Shown here piece after piece: positions 8,580 through 16,598 of a stretch of 24,076 bases of DNA (position 1 is its first letter; each line of letters begins with the position of its first letter). The notes beneath the pieces are model-generated. The model worked only from the letters and a program-made list of their open reading frames with translations, had not been told where the DNA came from and made no database searches. Location of the stretch: positions 1-24,076 of IMG/VR virus record IMGVR_UViG_3300012940_000104. One strand, written 5' to 3'. This stretch comes from a virus (taxonomy: Duplodnaviria; Caudoviricetes). The position numbers and the translations under genes were made by a program.

Positions 8580-8892
8580 GAGAGAAGAGTTGTTCGCCAA
8601 AGCCCAGGATATGGGCCTGAATCCGGACAAGCGGTTGGGCCTGGAACGGCTGCGTAAGCTGGTGGCCGGGGAGGTAGAGGCGCCGCCGTCTGAAAGCCCC
8701 AAGCAAGATGCTGCGCCAACGCTGAAAGACTACATCGCCCAGGTCGAAGGCAAGCACGTCGACCGTGACGTTTACGCGGCGGTGGTGACCCATCCCACCG
8801 CTGACGAGCGCGTCTACCCGGGGCGGTACAGCGGTATCCGCGTGGTGCGTGGCCCGCTGTCTGTCCGCTACAGCGACGGCACGACCGAGTAA
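8572..8892 (+). CDS. Hypothetical protein with N-terminal HeH/LEM-like helix pair
   Basis: GTG at 8572 lies 10 nt after AAGGAG; REELFAKAQDMGLNPDKRLGLERLRKLV pattern. Confidence 0.65.
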   Translation: MDEREELFAKAQDMGLNPDKRLGLERLRKLVAGEVEAPPSESPKQDAAPTLKDYIAQVEGKHVDRDVYAAVVTHPTADERVYPGRYSGIRVVRGPLSVRYSDGTTE

Positions 8893-8946
8893 TTTCAACC
8901 CGACCCGCAGCGGTTTCTGCGGGGCGACCAGTTAGGACCAAGCAAC

Positions 8947-8978
8947 AGGGCTGCACTTCGGTGCGGCCCTTTTCGTTT
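8947..8978 (+). terminator. Intrinsic terminator-like hairpin before the scaffold gene
   Basis: AGGGCTGCAC-TTCG-GTGCGGCCCT followed by TTTCGTTT. Confidence 0.75.
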
Positions 8979-9011
8979 GCAGTCACACCTGGCCGGCACT
9001 GAGTTCCAACC

Positions 9012-10016
9012 ATGGAAAACGATACGCCTGAACAGACCACCTCAGCCGAGGACATCGCAACCGGACTGCTGTACCCCGAGGAAGGCCAACCGAAGAGCCC
9101 GGAGCCCGAGACGGAAGACCAGCAAGACGGAGAGATCGAGGAAGGCCAGGAAGCACCTGACGAAACGGACGAATCCGAGGACGCCGGCGAAGAGGCCGAT
9201 AACGAATCCGAGGACGAGGACGAGCAGCCCGGACAAGCCGATTCGGCCCCGGCTGATGACCAGGTTGTGAAATGGCAGACCGCAAACGGCGAGACTTTCG
9301 AGGCTCCGCTATCGGAGCTGAAGGCCGGCTACATGCGTTCTGCGGACTATACACAGAAGACGCAAGCGCTTGCCGAGGATCGAAAGGCGGCTGAACAGGC
9401 ATTGCAGTCGAAAGTTCAGGAAGCCGAGCGCTATACGGCAGAGCTGGGGCGTCTCGCCACTATCGGTGAGCAGGTCAAGAACTACGAAACGTGGCTCGCG
9501 CAAGCCGCGCAGCGTGGGGAAGATCCTCAAGTGATTGCCCAGGCTCAGGCCCAGTACGTTTTGCTGCGCCAGCAGCACGAAGACGCACGTGGCGCGCTGC
9601 TGCAAAAGCGTCAACAACTGATGCAGCAAGCCGAACAACAGCGCTCTCAGGAGTTCCAGCAAGCCACTCAAGCGGCACTGGAGCATCTGGGCAAGGTGAT
9701 TCCGAAATTCGACGCAGCAACGCACATCCCCGCGCTGCGGGAGTACGGCCTGAAGTCCGGGTTTACAGCCGAGGAGCTGGCGCAGGTCGCTGATAAGCGG
9801 CATTTCGAGGTTCTGTGGAAGGCGTCTCAGTGGGACGCCCTGCAGGCCAAGAAGCCCGAAGCGGTGGCCAGGGCGAAAGCCGCGCCGCCGAAGACGACCA
9901 AGCCCGGGCACTCAGCTCCGCCGCCCTCAGCCGTCGACCGTGCGGCCAAACAATTCAAGGCGAAAAAGGACGCGCACTCGTTTGCCGCCTTGCTCGCTGC
10001 AACCAATTCCGTATAG
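9012..10016 (+). CDS. Capsid scaffolding protein
   Basis: Very acidic disordered N-terminus, GYMRSADYTQKTQALAEDRK motif, coiled coil, basic/Pro tail; directly upstream of the capsid gene. Confidence 0.88.
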   Translation: MENDTPEQTTSAEDIATGLLYPEEGQPKSPEPETEDQQDGEIEEGQEAPDETDESEDAGEEADNESEDEDEQPGQADSAPADDQVVKWQTANGETFEAPLSELKAGYMRSADYTQKTQALAEDRKAAEQALQSKVQEAERYTAELGRLATIGEQVKNYETWLAQAAQRGEDPQVIAQAQAQYVLLRQQHEDARGALLQKRQQLMQQAEQQRSQEFQQATQAALEHLGKVIPKFDAATHIPALREYGLKSGFTAEELAQVADKRHFEVLWKASQWDALQAKKPEAVARAKAAPPKTTKPGHSAPPPSAVDRAAKQFKAKKDAHSFAALLAATNSV

Positions 10017-10025
10017 AGGCTCATC

Positions 10026-10973
10026 ATGGCTAAACTTGCCAACTCTTTCGCCACCCAAAACGCGATTGGCGACCGCGAAGAACTGGCCGACAAGATCTAC
10101 GACATTTCTCCCGAAGAAACGCCGTTCCTGTCGTCGATCAAGCGCGGCAAGGTCAACTCGGTATTCCCCGAGTGGCAAACCGACATCCTGGCGTCTGCCA
10201 GCAACAACAAGGTCGTCCAGGGCAACGAGGCGACCATCAGCGCAACGGTTCCGACCGTTCGTGTCGGCAACCGCACCCAGATCAGCGAAAAGACTTTCGC
10301 TGTGACGGGCACTCAGGAAGTGGTGGACAAGGCCGGCCGCAAGTCGGAAGTCGCCTATCAGGCCACTCGCCGCATGCTTGAGCTCAAGCGCGACCAGGAG
10401 TTTGCCGCGCTGCAGAACACGACCGCCATCGCTGCGGCCGATGCGACCGCTCCCCAAGCTCGTGGCGTGGCCGGCTGGATTGCCACGAACAACAGCCTGG
10501 GCGCCACCGGGGTCGCTCCTGACCCGATCACCAACACCGCTCCCGTGGACGGTACGCTGCGCGACCTGACCGAAGACCTGTTGAAGGATGTCGCTCAGCA
10601 GGTCTGGGAGGCGGGCGGTAACCCGACGAAGTTGTTCGTTCCTGGCGCTCTGCGGGCGACCGTTTCGGCATTCACCGGCATCGCTGACGCGATGAACGAC
10701 GTGAAGTCGAAGGCCGCCACTATCGTTGGTTCTGCGGATATCTACGTCGGCGACTTCGGCACTTACGCCATCGTCAACAGCCGGTACAACCGTGCCCGCG
10801 ACATCTTCCTGATCGACCCGCAGTATTGGGAGCTGGGCACCCTGCGCCCGATGTCGATCAAGACGCTGGCGGTGACCGGTGACAACGAGAAGCGCTTGGT
10901 CAATTGCGAATGGACGCTGAAGGCGCTGAACGAAGCCGCCTCGGGCGCCATCCGCGACGTGGAAGCGCCGTAA
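10026..10973 (+). CDS. Major capsid protein (DUF5309/SU10-like)
   Basis: SD GAGG; REEL..IYDISPEETPF, EWQTD.L, RVGNRTQI, AGRKSEVAYQ and ELKRD motifs; followed by a terminator. Confidence 0.92.
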   Translation: MAKLANSFATQNAIGDREELADKIYDISPEETPFLSSIKRGKVNSVFPEWQTDILASASNNKVVQGNEATISATVPTVRVGNRTQISEKTFAVTGTQEVVDKAGRKSEVAYQATRRMLELKRDQEFAALQNTTAIAAADATAPQARGVAGWIATNNSLGATGVAPDPITNTAPVDGTLRDLTEDLLKDVAQQVWEAGGNPTKLFVPGALRATVSAFTGIADAMNDVKSKAATIVGSADIYVGDFGTYAIVNSRYNRARDIFLIDPQYWELGTLRPMSIKTLAVTGDNEKRLVNCEWTLKALNEAASGAIRDVEAP

Positions 10974-10992
10974 CCGTCATGTAGCAACCAGG

Positions 10993-11023
10993 AGGCCCCG
11001 GCAGCAATGTCGGGGCTTTTTTT
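10993..11023 (+). terminator. Intrinsic terminator after the capsid gene
   Basis: AGGCCCCGGCA-GCAA-TGTCGGGGCTT with a T run to 11023. Confidence 0.8.
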
Positions 11024-11338
11024 ATGTCCGCACGAATTCTCGACCGTTCGCCCGGGTCGGTGACGAAGTTCCACGATCTGGGGGACAAATTTGTCATCGC
11101 CAAGACCCAGGATGTAGAGGCGGTCGTAGAGGATGCCAAAGCGCGCCACAACGCGGGCGCCACCCAAACCGGCATGGGGGACAGGCATGCGATGCGTGTG
11201 CCGCTCATCCTGATCGACGCCTGGGCACGTAGAAAGGGCTTGACGTACGGTGAGGTCATGCGTGACCAAGCTCTGCTAAAGCAATTCGTCGAAGACCCCG
11301 AGAACGCCGATTTCCGGGTCTGGAAGGGGGCATTATGA
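11024..11338 (+). CDS. Phage hypothetical protein (post-capsid)
   Basis: 104-aa ORF with DPENADFRVWKG C-terminus; ATGA overlap with the next gene. Confidence 0.78.
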   Translation: MSARILDRSPGSVTKFHDLGDKFVIAKTQDVEAVVEDAKARHNAGATQTGMGDRHAMRVPLILIDAWARRKGLTYGEVMRDQALLKQFVEDPENADFRVWKGAL

Positions 11339-11970
11339 GCTACGTGCTGCCCGGCGGCGCTTCGTCTTCGGTAGTTGGCGCGGCTGACTATTTGGGGCTT
11401 CGGCAGATGGTTGCCCAATGGCTCAACCGCACCGATCTTACGTCCCGGATACCCGATTTCGTCCGCCTTGCAGAGGAAGAGCACCGCAGAGACGTGCGTG
11501 TGCAGGCGATGGAGCAGGTTGTGGTGGGGGCGCTCCAGGGCGGCGTCTTGAATTGCCCGCCTGACTTCCTGGAGGCGCGTCTTTTGACCGTCGAGGGCAA
11601 GCCTTACACCTATTCGAGGCTCCAGTCCTTCAGAAGCCTTGAGCAATGCGGAATTGTCCGCCGCGTCTTCACGCATGTCGGGCAGTCTATCGAGGTACTT
11701 GGGGGTGATGACGGTCAGTACGTTCTCGATTATTGGGCGTCGTTCGCGCCCCTTGTGGACGACACGGACACCAACTGGCTGCTCCAGAACGCCTACGACT
11801 TGTACCTATGGAAGGCCTGCGAGAAGGGCTGCGTCTGGCTGAGGGATGCTGACGGGGCGCTGGCCTACCGACAGCTCTATGACGACGCGCTGTCGAAATT
11901 GAACCAGGCTGAATACGACAAACGCTATAGCGGTTCTGAGTTGCTGATGTTGTCTCCGGGGGTGGTGTGA
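11335..11970 (+). CDS. Head-tail adaptor (P22 gp4 position)
   Basis: VAQWLNRTDLTSRIPDFVRLAE, PPDFLE and TNWLLQNAYDLYL motifs; synteny. Confidence 0.78.
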   Translation: MSYVLPGGASSSVVGAADYLGLRQMVAQWLNRTDLTSRIPDFVRLAEEEHRRDVRVQAMEQVVVGALQGGVLNCPPDFLEARLLTVEGKPYTYSRLQSFRSLEQCGIVRRVFTHVGQSIEVLGGDDGQYVLDYWASFAPLVDDTDTNWLLQNAYDLYLWKACEKGCVWLRDADGALAYRQLYDDALSKLNQAEYDKRYSGSELLMLSPGVV

Positions 11971-13412
11971 GCCAGATTCTGGGATTCTCTCCTGACGCTG
12001 ATCCGACGCCGCCCGGCATGATTGTGGACTGCGAGCTGATGCTGCCCTACGAGTTAGGGATGCGCGCGGCCCCCACGGCGGTTGGCGTTGGACTGCCGGC
12101 CTTAGATGAGCCGGCACGGGGCGCATTTGTTGGCGCGAACCTAGCGGGAGCGCGCCGGCTGCTGGTCGGCACCCCCACGGCGCTCCTGCAGGCTGGAGCG
12201 GGCGCTTGGACAGACGTTTCAGAAGATGCCTACAGCCTCGGGCAGGATGATCGCTGGTCGTTCGCCCAATTTGGCGATTCAACCTTGGCCGCAACCCCTT
12301 CCTATGGGATACAGCGGTCTATTGGAGCGGAATTCGCCACTATTGAGGACGCGCCACACGCGAAGATTTTGGTTTCCGTAAAGGGGTTCGTGCTCGCGTT
12401 CGGGACCAGCGACCCCACATATGACGACTCCCCGGACCGCTGGTGGTGCTGCGCCTACCTGAATGAGACGGATTGGGTGCCAAGCCTGGCGACACAATGC
12501 ACGACCGCCCGTCTAGTCGAGTCTGGGGGCGCGTTTACCGCCGCCGCGCGGTTTGGCGATGACGTGGTGGCGTACAAGCGCAATGCGATGTGGCTGGGGC
12601 GCTATGTTGGCGCGCCTTCGGTATGGGATTTCATTCCCATTGCCTCCGACATCGGATGCGTTGGGCAAGAGGCGGTCTGTGACACGGGTACAGGCCATAT
12701 TTTCGTCGGCATCGACGATATTTACCTTTTTGACGGCAATCGCCCGCAATCAATCGCCAAGGGCCGATGCCGTGATTGGTACGTAGCGAATCGTGACCCG
12801 AAGCAGATCAGCAAGACTCGTGTGTTGTGGGATCGGCAGAACGCCATGGCGTGGATTTTCTTCGCGTCTGTCAGCGGCGGCGGAGAGGTTGATTCCGGGT
12901 TGGTGTATCACCTGAACACCGGGCGGTGGGGCCGGGCCAATTTCAACGTCGAGGCGGTAGTGACATATTCGTCGCCTGCCATCACGTATGACACCGGGTC
13001 ACCGATTATCGATACATACGACGATGGCCCCGACATTCCGTTCGATTCGCCCTTCTGGAACGAAAGCCAGGAACTGATTGCGATCATCGACGGGACCAAT
13101 GAGCTAAAGACGTTGAGCGGCCGGCCCGGGAAGTCGAGCTTCACCACTGGCGATTACGGCGATGAGCAGATGTACACCATTTGCCCGTCACTCAAGATTC
13201 GATACAAGCAAGCCCCTGACTCAGCCACTGCCTACGGTTACGTAAAAGATGACCTGGGGCGTACTGAGCAACAAGCGTCTTCCGCTTTGCGTGACGATGC
13301 GGCGTTCGATCTTCGGCAAACCGGCCGCTGGCATAGGTTCCGCGTGTCCCAGACCGGGCCGGCTGAGGTTCTGGCCATCTTGCCGACTTTGACCCAGGCG
13401 GGGTCGCGATGA
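11967..13412 (+). CDS. Tail nozzle / packaged-DNA stabilisation protein (P22 gp10 position)
   Basis: 481 aa, beta-rich (WSFAQFGD, IGCVG, IYLFDG); GTGA/ATGA coupling; synteny. Confidence 0.75.
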   Translation: MSQILGFSPDADPTPPGMIVDCELMLPYELGMRAAPTAVGVGLPALDEPARGAFVGANLAGARRLLVGTPTALLQAGAGAWTDVSEDAYSLGQDDRWSFAQFGDSTLAATPSYGIQRSIGAEFATIEDAPHAKILVSVKGFVLAFGTSDPTYDDSPDRWWCCAYLNETDWVPSLATQCTTARLVESGGAFTAAARFGDDVVAYKRNAMWLGRYVGAPSVWDFIPIASDIGCVGQEAVCDTGTGHIFVGIDDIYLFDGNRPQSIAKGRCRDWYVANRDPKQISKTRVLWDRQNAMAWIFFASVSGGGEVDSGLVYHLNTGRWGRANFNVEAVVTYSSPAITYDTGSPIIDTYDDGPDIPFDSPFWNESQELIAIIDGTNELKTLSGRPGKSSFTTGDYGDEQMYTICPSLKIRYKQAPDSATAYGYVKDDLGRTEQQASSALRDDAAFDLRQTGRWHRFRVSQTGPAEVLAILPTLTQAGSR

Positions 13413-13720
13413 AGCAGCCGGTCAATACGTTCTTCGATGCCTCCAGTTTGTCGGGGCTGGCCCGCCAGCTCAATGATGTTGTGCGCCGCACGAATGGGCA
13501 ACTGAATGATCTTTCCGAGGGGAAGCTCGCAGCGGAGCATTCCGCCCAACAGTCGGCGCCTGAGCACGGTCCATACGGGGTGGGGGACATCGTGCCGAAC
13601 AGCGCGCGCGGCGTGGTGTTGGGCGCGGAGGGGAGCCAATACTTGCTCTTGGGGTGGATGTGCATTGCGGCTACTGAACCTCCGGAGTGGGCCGAAATGC
13701 GCGTTTTGACGGGTACGTGA
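13409..13720 (+). CDS. Putative tail needle/plug protein (P22 gp26 position)
   Basis: N-terminal short coiled coil, C-terminal P..GPYGVGDIVPNSA...GWMCIAA..P.W module; synteny. Confidence 0.55.
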   Translation: MKQPVNTFFDASSLSGLARQLNDVVRRTNGQLNDLSEGKLAAEHSAQQSAPEHGPYGVGDIVPNSARGVVLGAEGSQYLLLGWMCIAATEPPEWAEMRVLTGT

Positions 13721-14130
13721 TGGCAGAACTTAAACAAATTCCTCCGGCTTTCATTGATCGCGCGTGGGCGGACGGCGCGCACCAATTGTCGAAGGCTTGC
13801 GAGGCATCCGGCGGTGAAATTACGGCCGATCAACTCAAGATGATGCTCAGCCGGGGCGAGCGCACTTTGCTGGCGGTAATGAACGACGGCAAGCCGGTTG
13901 GGTGGCTGGTGATCCATTTGGATCAGCTTCCGAACGTCCGGGCATTGCACGTGTGCGAGCTCTATGCGCCTGGCGCCACGTTCAGCGAGTGCCGGGACCA
14001 GCTTTGGGAGTACGCCCGCCAGAACGGATGTAGCGAAATCCGGTGCTCTGCGCCTCCGGTTCAGGCGAGGTGGAATCGCATGCGCTGGGGATTTGAGCCG
14101 ATCTACACCACCTTGCGGGTCAAGCTATGA
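13720..14130 (+). CDS. GNAT-fold virion assembly protein (P22 gp14-like position)
   Basis: TGATG coupling; DGKPVGWLV, YARQNGCSEI and WGF motifs typical of GNAT folds; lies between the tail and ejection genes. Confidence 0.6.
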   Translation: MAELKQIPPAFIDRAWADGAHQLSKACEASGGEITADQLKMMLSRGERTLLAVMNDGKPVGWLVIHLDQLPNVRALHVCELYAPGATFSECRDQLWEYARQNGCSEIRCSAPPVQARWNRMRWGFEPIYTTLRVKL

Positions 14131-14894
14131 TGAACATTCGAATCGAACTTCGCCGGGTCGCGGCCGGCCACCACGGGATTTACAAGGGCGGCGGGTCGTC
14201 GACCACGACGACCGAAATCCCTGATGAATTGAAACCGCTGGCGTCGGCATATGCAGAGCGCGCGATGGACTTGGCGGACAACCCGTACAGGCCATACACG
14301 GAGCAGCGATTCGCCGATCAGAACCAACTCCAGACCGACGCTTACAACAACCTGCAGAACCTCGCTAATGGGCAGGGCGGCATGTCGGATGCATCATCCG
14401 CGATGCTGGATCAGATCGCCAGCGGGCAGGGGAACAATCCCTACCTCGACCAGTTGGTGTCAAGCGCGCAGAAGTCGGTTACCGACGCCTACAACAACAA
14501 CGTGGCCCCCAGTCAGACGACTGCGGCGGTTAACTCGGGGTCGTTTGGTAACTCCGGCCTGCAGCAGGCCCAGGCCTACGACCGAAGCCAGTTGCAGCAG
14601 AACCTCGGCAACATCGCCACGTCGATGTATAGCAACGCCTACAGCACCAACCAGGCCAACGCGCTGACGGCAGCGGGCTTGCAGCAGCAGGGCGCGGCGA
14701 ATCAAGCCAATCTGAACAACTCGCTGTTGAATGCCGGGAACAATGCCTACAACCAGGATCAGCAGCAATACGACTTCAACTACGACCAGTGGGTTGACCA
14801 GCAGAATCAACCGTACAAGAACCTCGACGTATTGGGAGCGCCGTTCTCGATGAATCTGGGATCTGTCACGAAGACCAGCGGCGGAGGTAAATAA
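14127..14894 (+). CDS. DNA ejection / internal virion protein (gp7-like)
   Basis: Basic leader then KGGGSSTTTT; N/Q/A-rich helical body; NPY and GSFGNSG motifs; synteny. Confidence 0.7.
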   Translation: MMNIRIELRRVAAGHHGIYKGGGSSTTTTEIPDELKPLASAYAERAMDLADNPYRPYTEQRFADQNQLQTDAYNNLQNLANGQGGMSDASSAMLDQIASGQGNNPYLDQLVSSAQKSVTDAYNNNVAPSQTTAAVNSGSFGNSGLQQAQAYDRSQLQQNLGNIATSMYSNAYSTNQANALTAAGLQQQGAANQANLNNSLLNAGNNAYNQDQQQYDFNYDQWVDQQNQPYKNLDVLGAPFSMNLGSVTKTSGGGK

Positions 14895-15382
14895 TGTTTT
14901 GGGTGCTACCTCTTGCCGGCGCTGCTCTGGGCGCGCTGGCTGACAACAAGAAGCCCCTGCGTGGCGCAGCCATTGGCGCGGGGGTCGGTGCTACGGGCGG
15001 ATTATTGGGGGGCGCTGCGGCCGGTGGGGCGGCTGCGGGGGGCGCTGCAGGAGGGGCTGGTATATCGGCAGCCCCCGGCCTTGCGGGCGGCGCGGCGACT
15101 GGCGGTATGGGCGCGGGCGGCACGCTTGGCGAATTCGCAGCTGGGCTTTCCGCGCATCCCATCGCGCCCGCAGCCGCGCAGACTCCCGGGTTACTGTCGC
15201 AGGCTAGCCCCTATATCAAGGACGCAAATAATGTTCTTGGTGCAGCCTCGTCAGCGAAGAATCTGGGGGCGCAGCAACAACAACAGGCGCCGTCAGCCGG
15301 ACTTGGCAGCCGTCAACCGGTCATCCTGGGACAGAACGGCCTGACCGCCAACCAGCGCCGTCAGCGTGGACTATTGGGGTAA
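14894..15382 (+). CDS. Gly/Ala-rich internal virion protein
   Basis: TAATG coupling, SD GGAGG, glycine-zipper-like GAAIGAGVGATGGLLGG. Confidence 0.65.
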   Translation: MFWVLPLAGAALGALADNKKPLRGAAIGAGVGATGGLLGGAAAGGAAAGGAAGGAGISAAPGLAGGAATGGMGAGGTLGEFAAGLSAHPIAPAAAQTPGLLSQASPYIKDANNVLGAASSAKNLGAQQQQQAPSAGLGSRQPVILGQNGLTANQRRQRGLLG

Positions 15383-15385
15383 GAG

Positions 15386-16597
15386 ATGGCTCAGTTTCTT
15401 GGCATGGACTTCGGCGACAACGCCGGGCCGCTGCTTCAGGGGTTGCTCGCCGGAGCGGGCGCGGCTCTGGCATCTCGCGGTAATCGCGCCCAGGCTATCG
15501 GGTCGGGGTTGCTGGGGGCGGTTGGGGGCTATAGCGGGGGGCAACATAATGCGCTGATGTCCGACTATCGCAACACGCAGATGGCGGCCCAGAAGCTGGC
15601 GCAGGACAAGGCGCAGCGTCAGCAAGCCTACCTGCAGGGTTTCGGGCAGCCTACGGGAGTGCCATCTTCTGGTGTTGCGACGGCAGCCCCCGCCGGGCAA
15701 CCCGGCCCGACACAGCAACAGCCCGGTTACACCTGGGCGGGTCTGCTTCAGGCCGGGTTTGACCCGGATACCGCCAAGAAGATTCTGTCGCAGGGTGGGC
15801 CTGTGGTGAAGGACTTCGATCTGAAGGATGTGACACCAGAGTCATACCGGCGCTACCTGCAGACCAATAACCCCGCCGACTTGCAGTCCAATCAGTTCAT
15901 GGACCCGAATCAGCCGTTCCTGCGTGACGCGAATGGGAATCTGGTGCCGAACACCCCGTATCAGCGATTTGCGTTGCAGAAGGCGTCGGCTGGCGCTGCG
16001 CGTACCAATGTGAGAGTCGAGAACAAGACCGGCGAGAGTTTGGCGGGGCAGATCGGGCCGATGATGAAGGACAGCCTAGGCGATGCTGAGGCCGCCGTAA
16101 CGGGGATGGATGCCGCCAACCGAGTAATGTCTGCCCTGAATAGCGGCAACGTATTCTCGGGCAAGTTGGGCAATGCTGGGCTTACCGTCACTCAGTGGAA
16201 GGACGCGCTCGGAATCTCCGGCCCCGATGACAAGGCGGCTCTTGCGAACACCCGCAGTCTGATGCAAGGCCTCGCCCAACTCACGCTCCAGGGGCGTCAG
16301 CAAATGCGCGGCCAAGGCCAGATTACCGAAAACGAAGGGAAACTGGCCGAACGCGTGTCGTCGGGCGACTTTACCCTAACTCCGTCCGAACTTCGGGCGC
16401 TGGCGGGCGCCGCTCAGCGCACTTCCCAGCACCTCTACGGCCGCTATCAACAGCGGTTCGACGCGCTCAAGGGTAACGCGGACTATGCGCCGATGGCGCC
16501 GTACTATGCCGCGCCGGCACTCCCCGAGGCTGTTTCCCCGCAGAGCGCTGGGCCGTCGTCCCCCGCAATTGATAACCTGCTGAACAAGTACCGTTGA
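15386..16597 (+). CDS. DNA ejection protein (gp20 position)
   Basis: 403 aa, Gly-rich hydrophobic N-terminus, GQGQITENE motif, IDNLLNKY C-terminus; synteny. Confidence 0.68.
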   Translation: MAQFLGMDFGDNAGPLLQGLLAGAGAALASRGNRAQAIGSGLLGAVGGYSGGQHNALMSDYRNTQMAAQKLAQDKAQRQQAYLQGFGQPTGVPSSGVATAAPAGQPGPTQQQPGYTWAGLLQAGFDPDTAKKILSQGGPVVKDFDLKDVTPESYRRYLQTNNPADLQSNQFMDPNQPFLRDANGNLVPNTPYQRFALQKASAGAARTNVRVENKTGESLAGQIGPMMKDSLGDAEAAVTGMDAANRVMSALNSGNVFSGKLGNAGLTVTQWKDALGISGPDDKAALANTRSLMQGLAQLTLQGRQQMRGQGQITENEGKLAERVSSGDFTLTPSELRALAGAAQRTSQHLYGRYQQRFDALKGNADYAPMAPYYAAPALPEAVSPQSAGPSSPAIDNLLNKYR

Positions 16598-16598
16598 T

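Noticed and set aside
10900-11676. 258-aa minus-strand ORF
   Set aside because: Crosses three convincing + strand genes and a terminator; no motifs.
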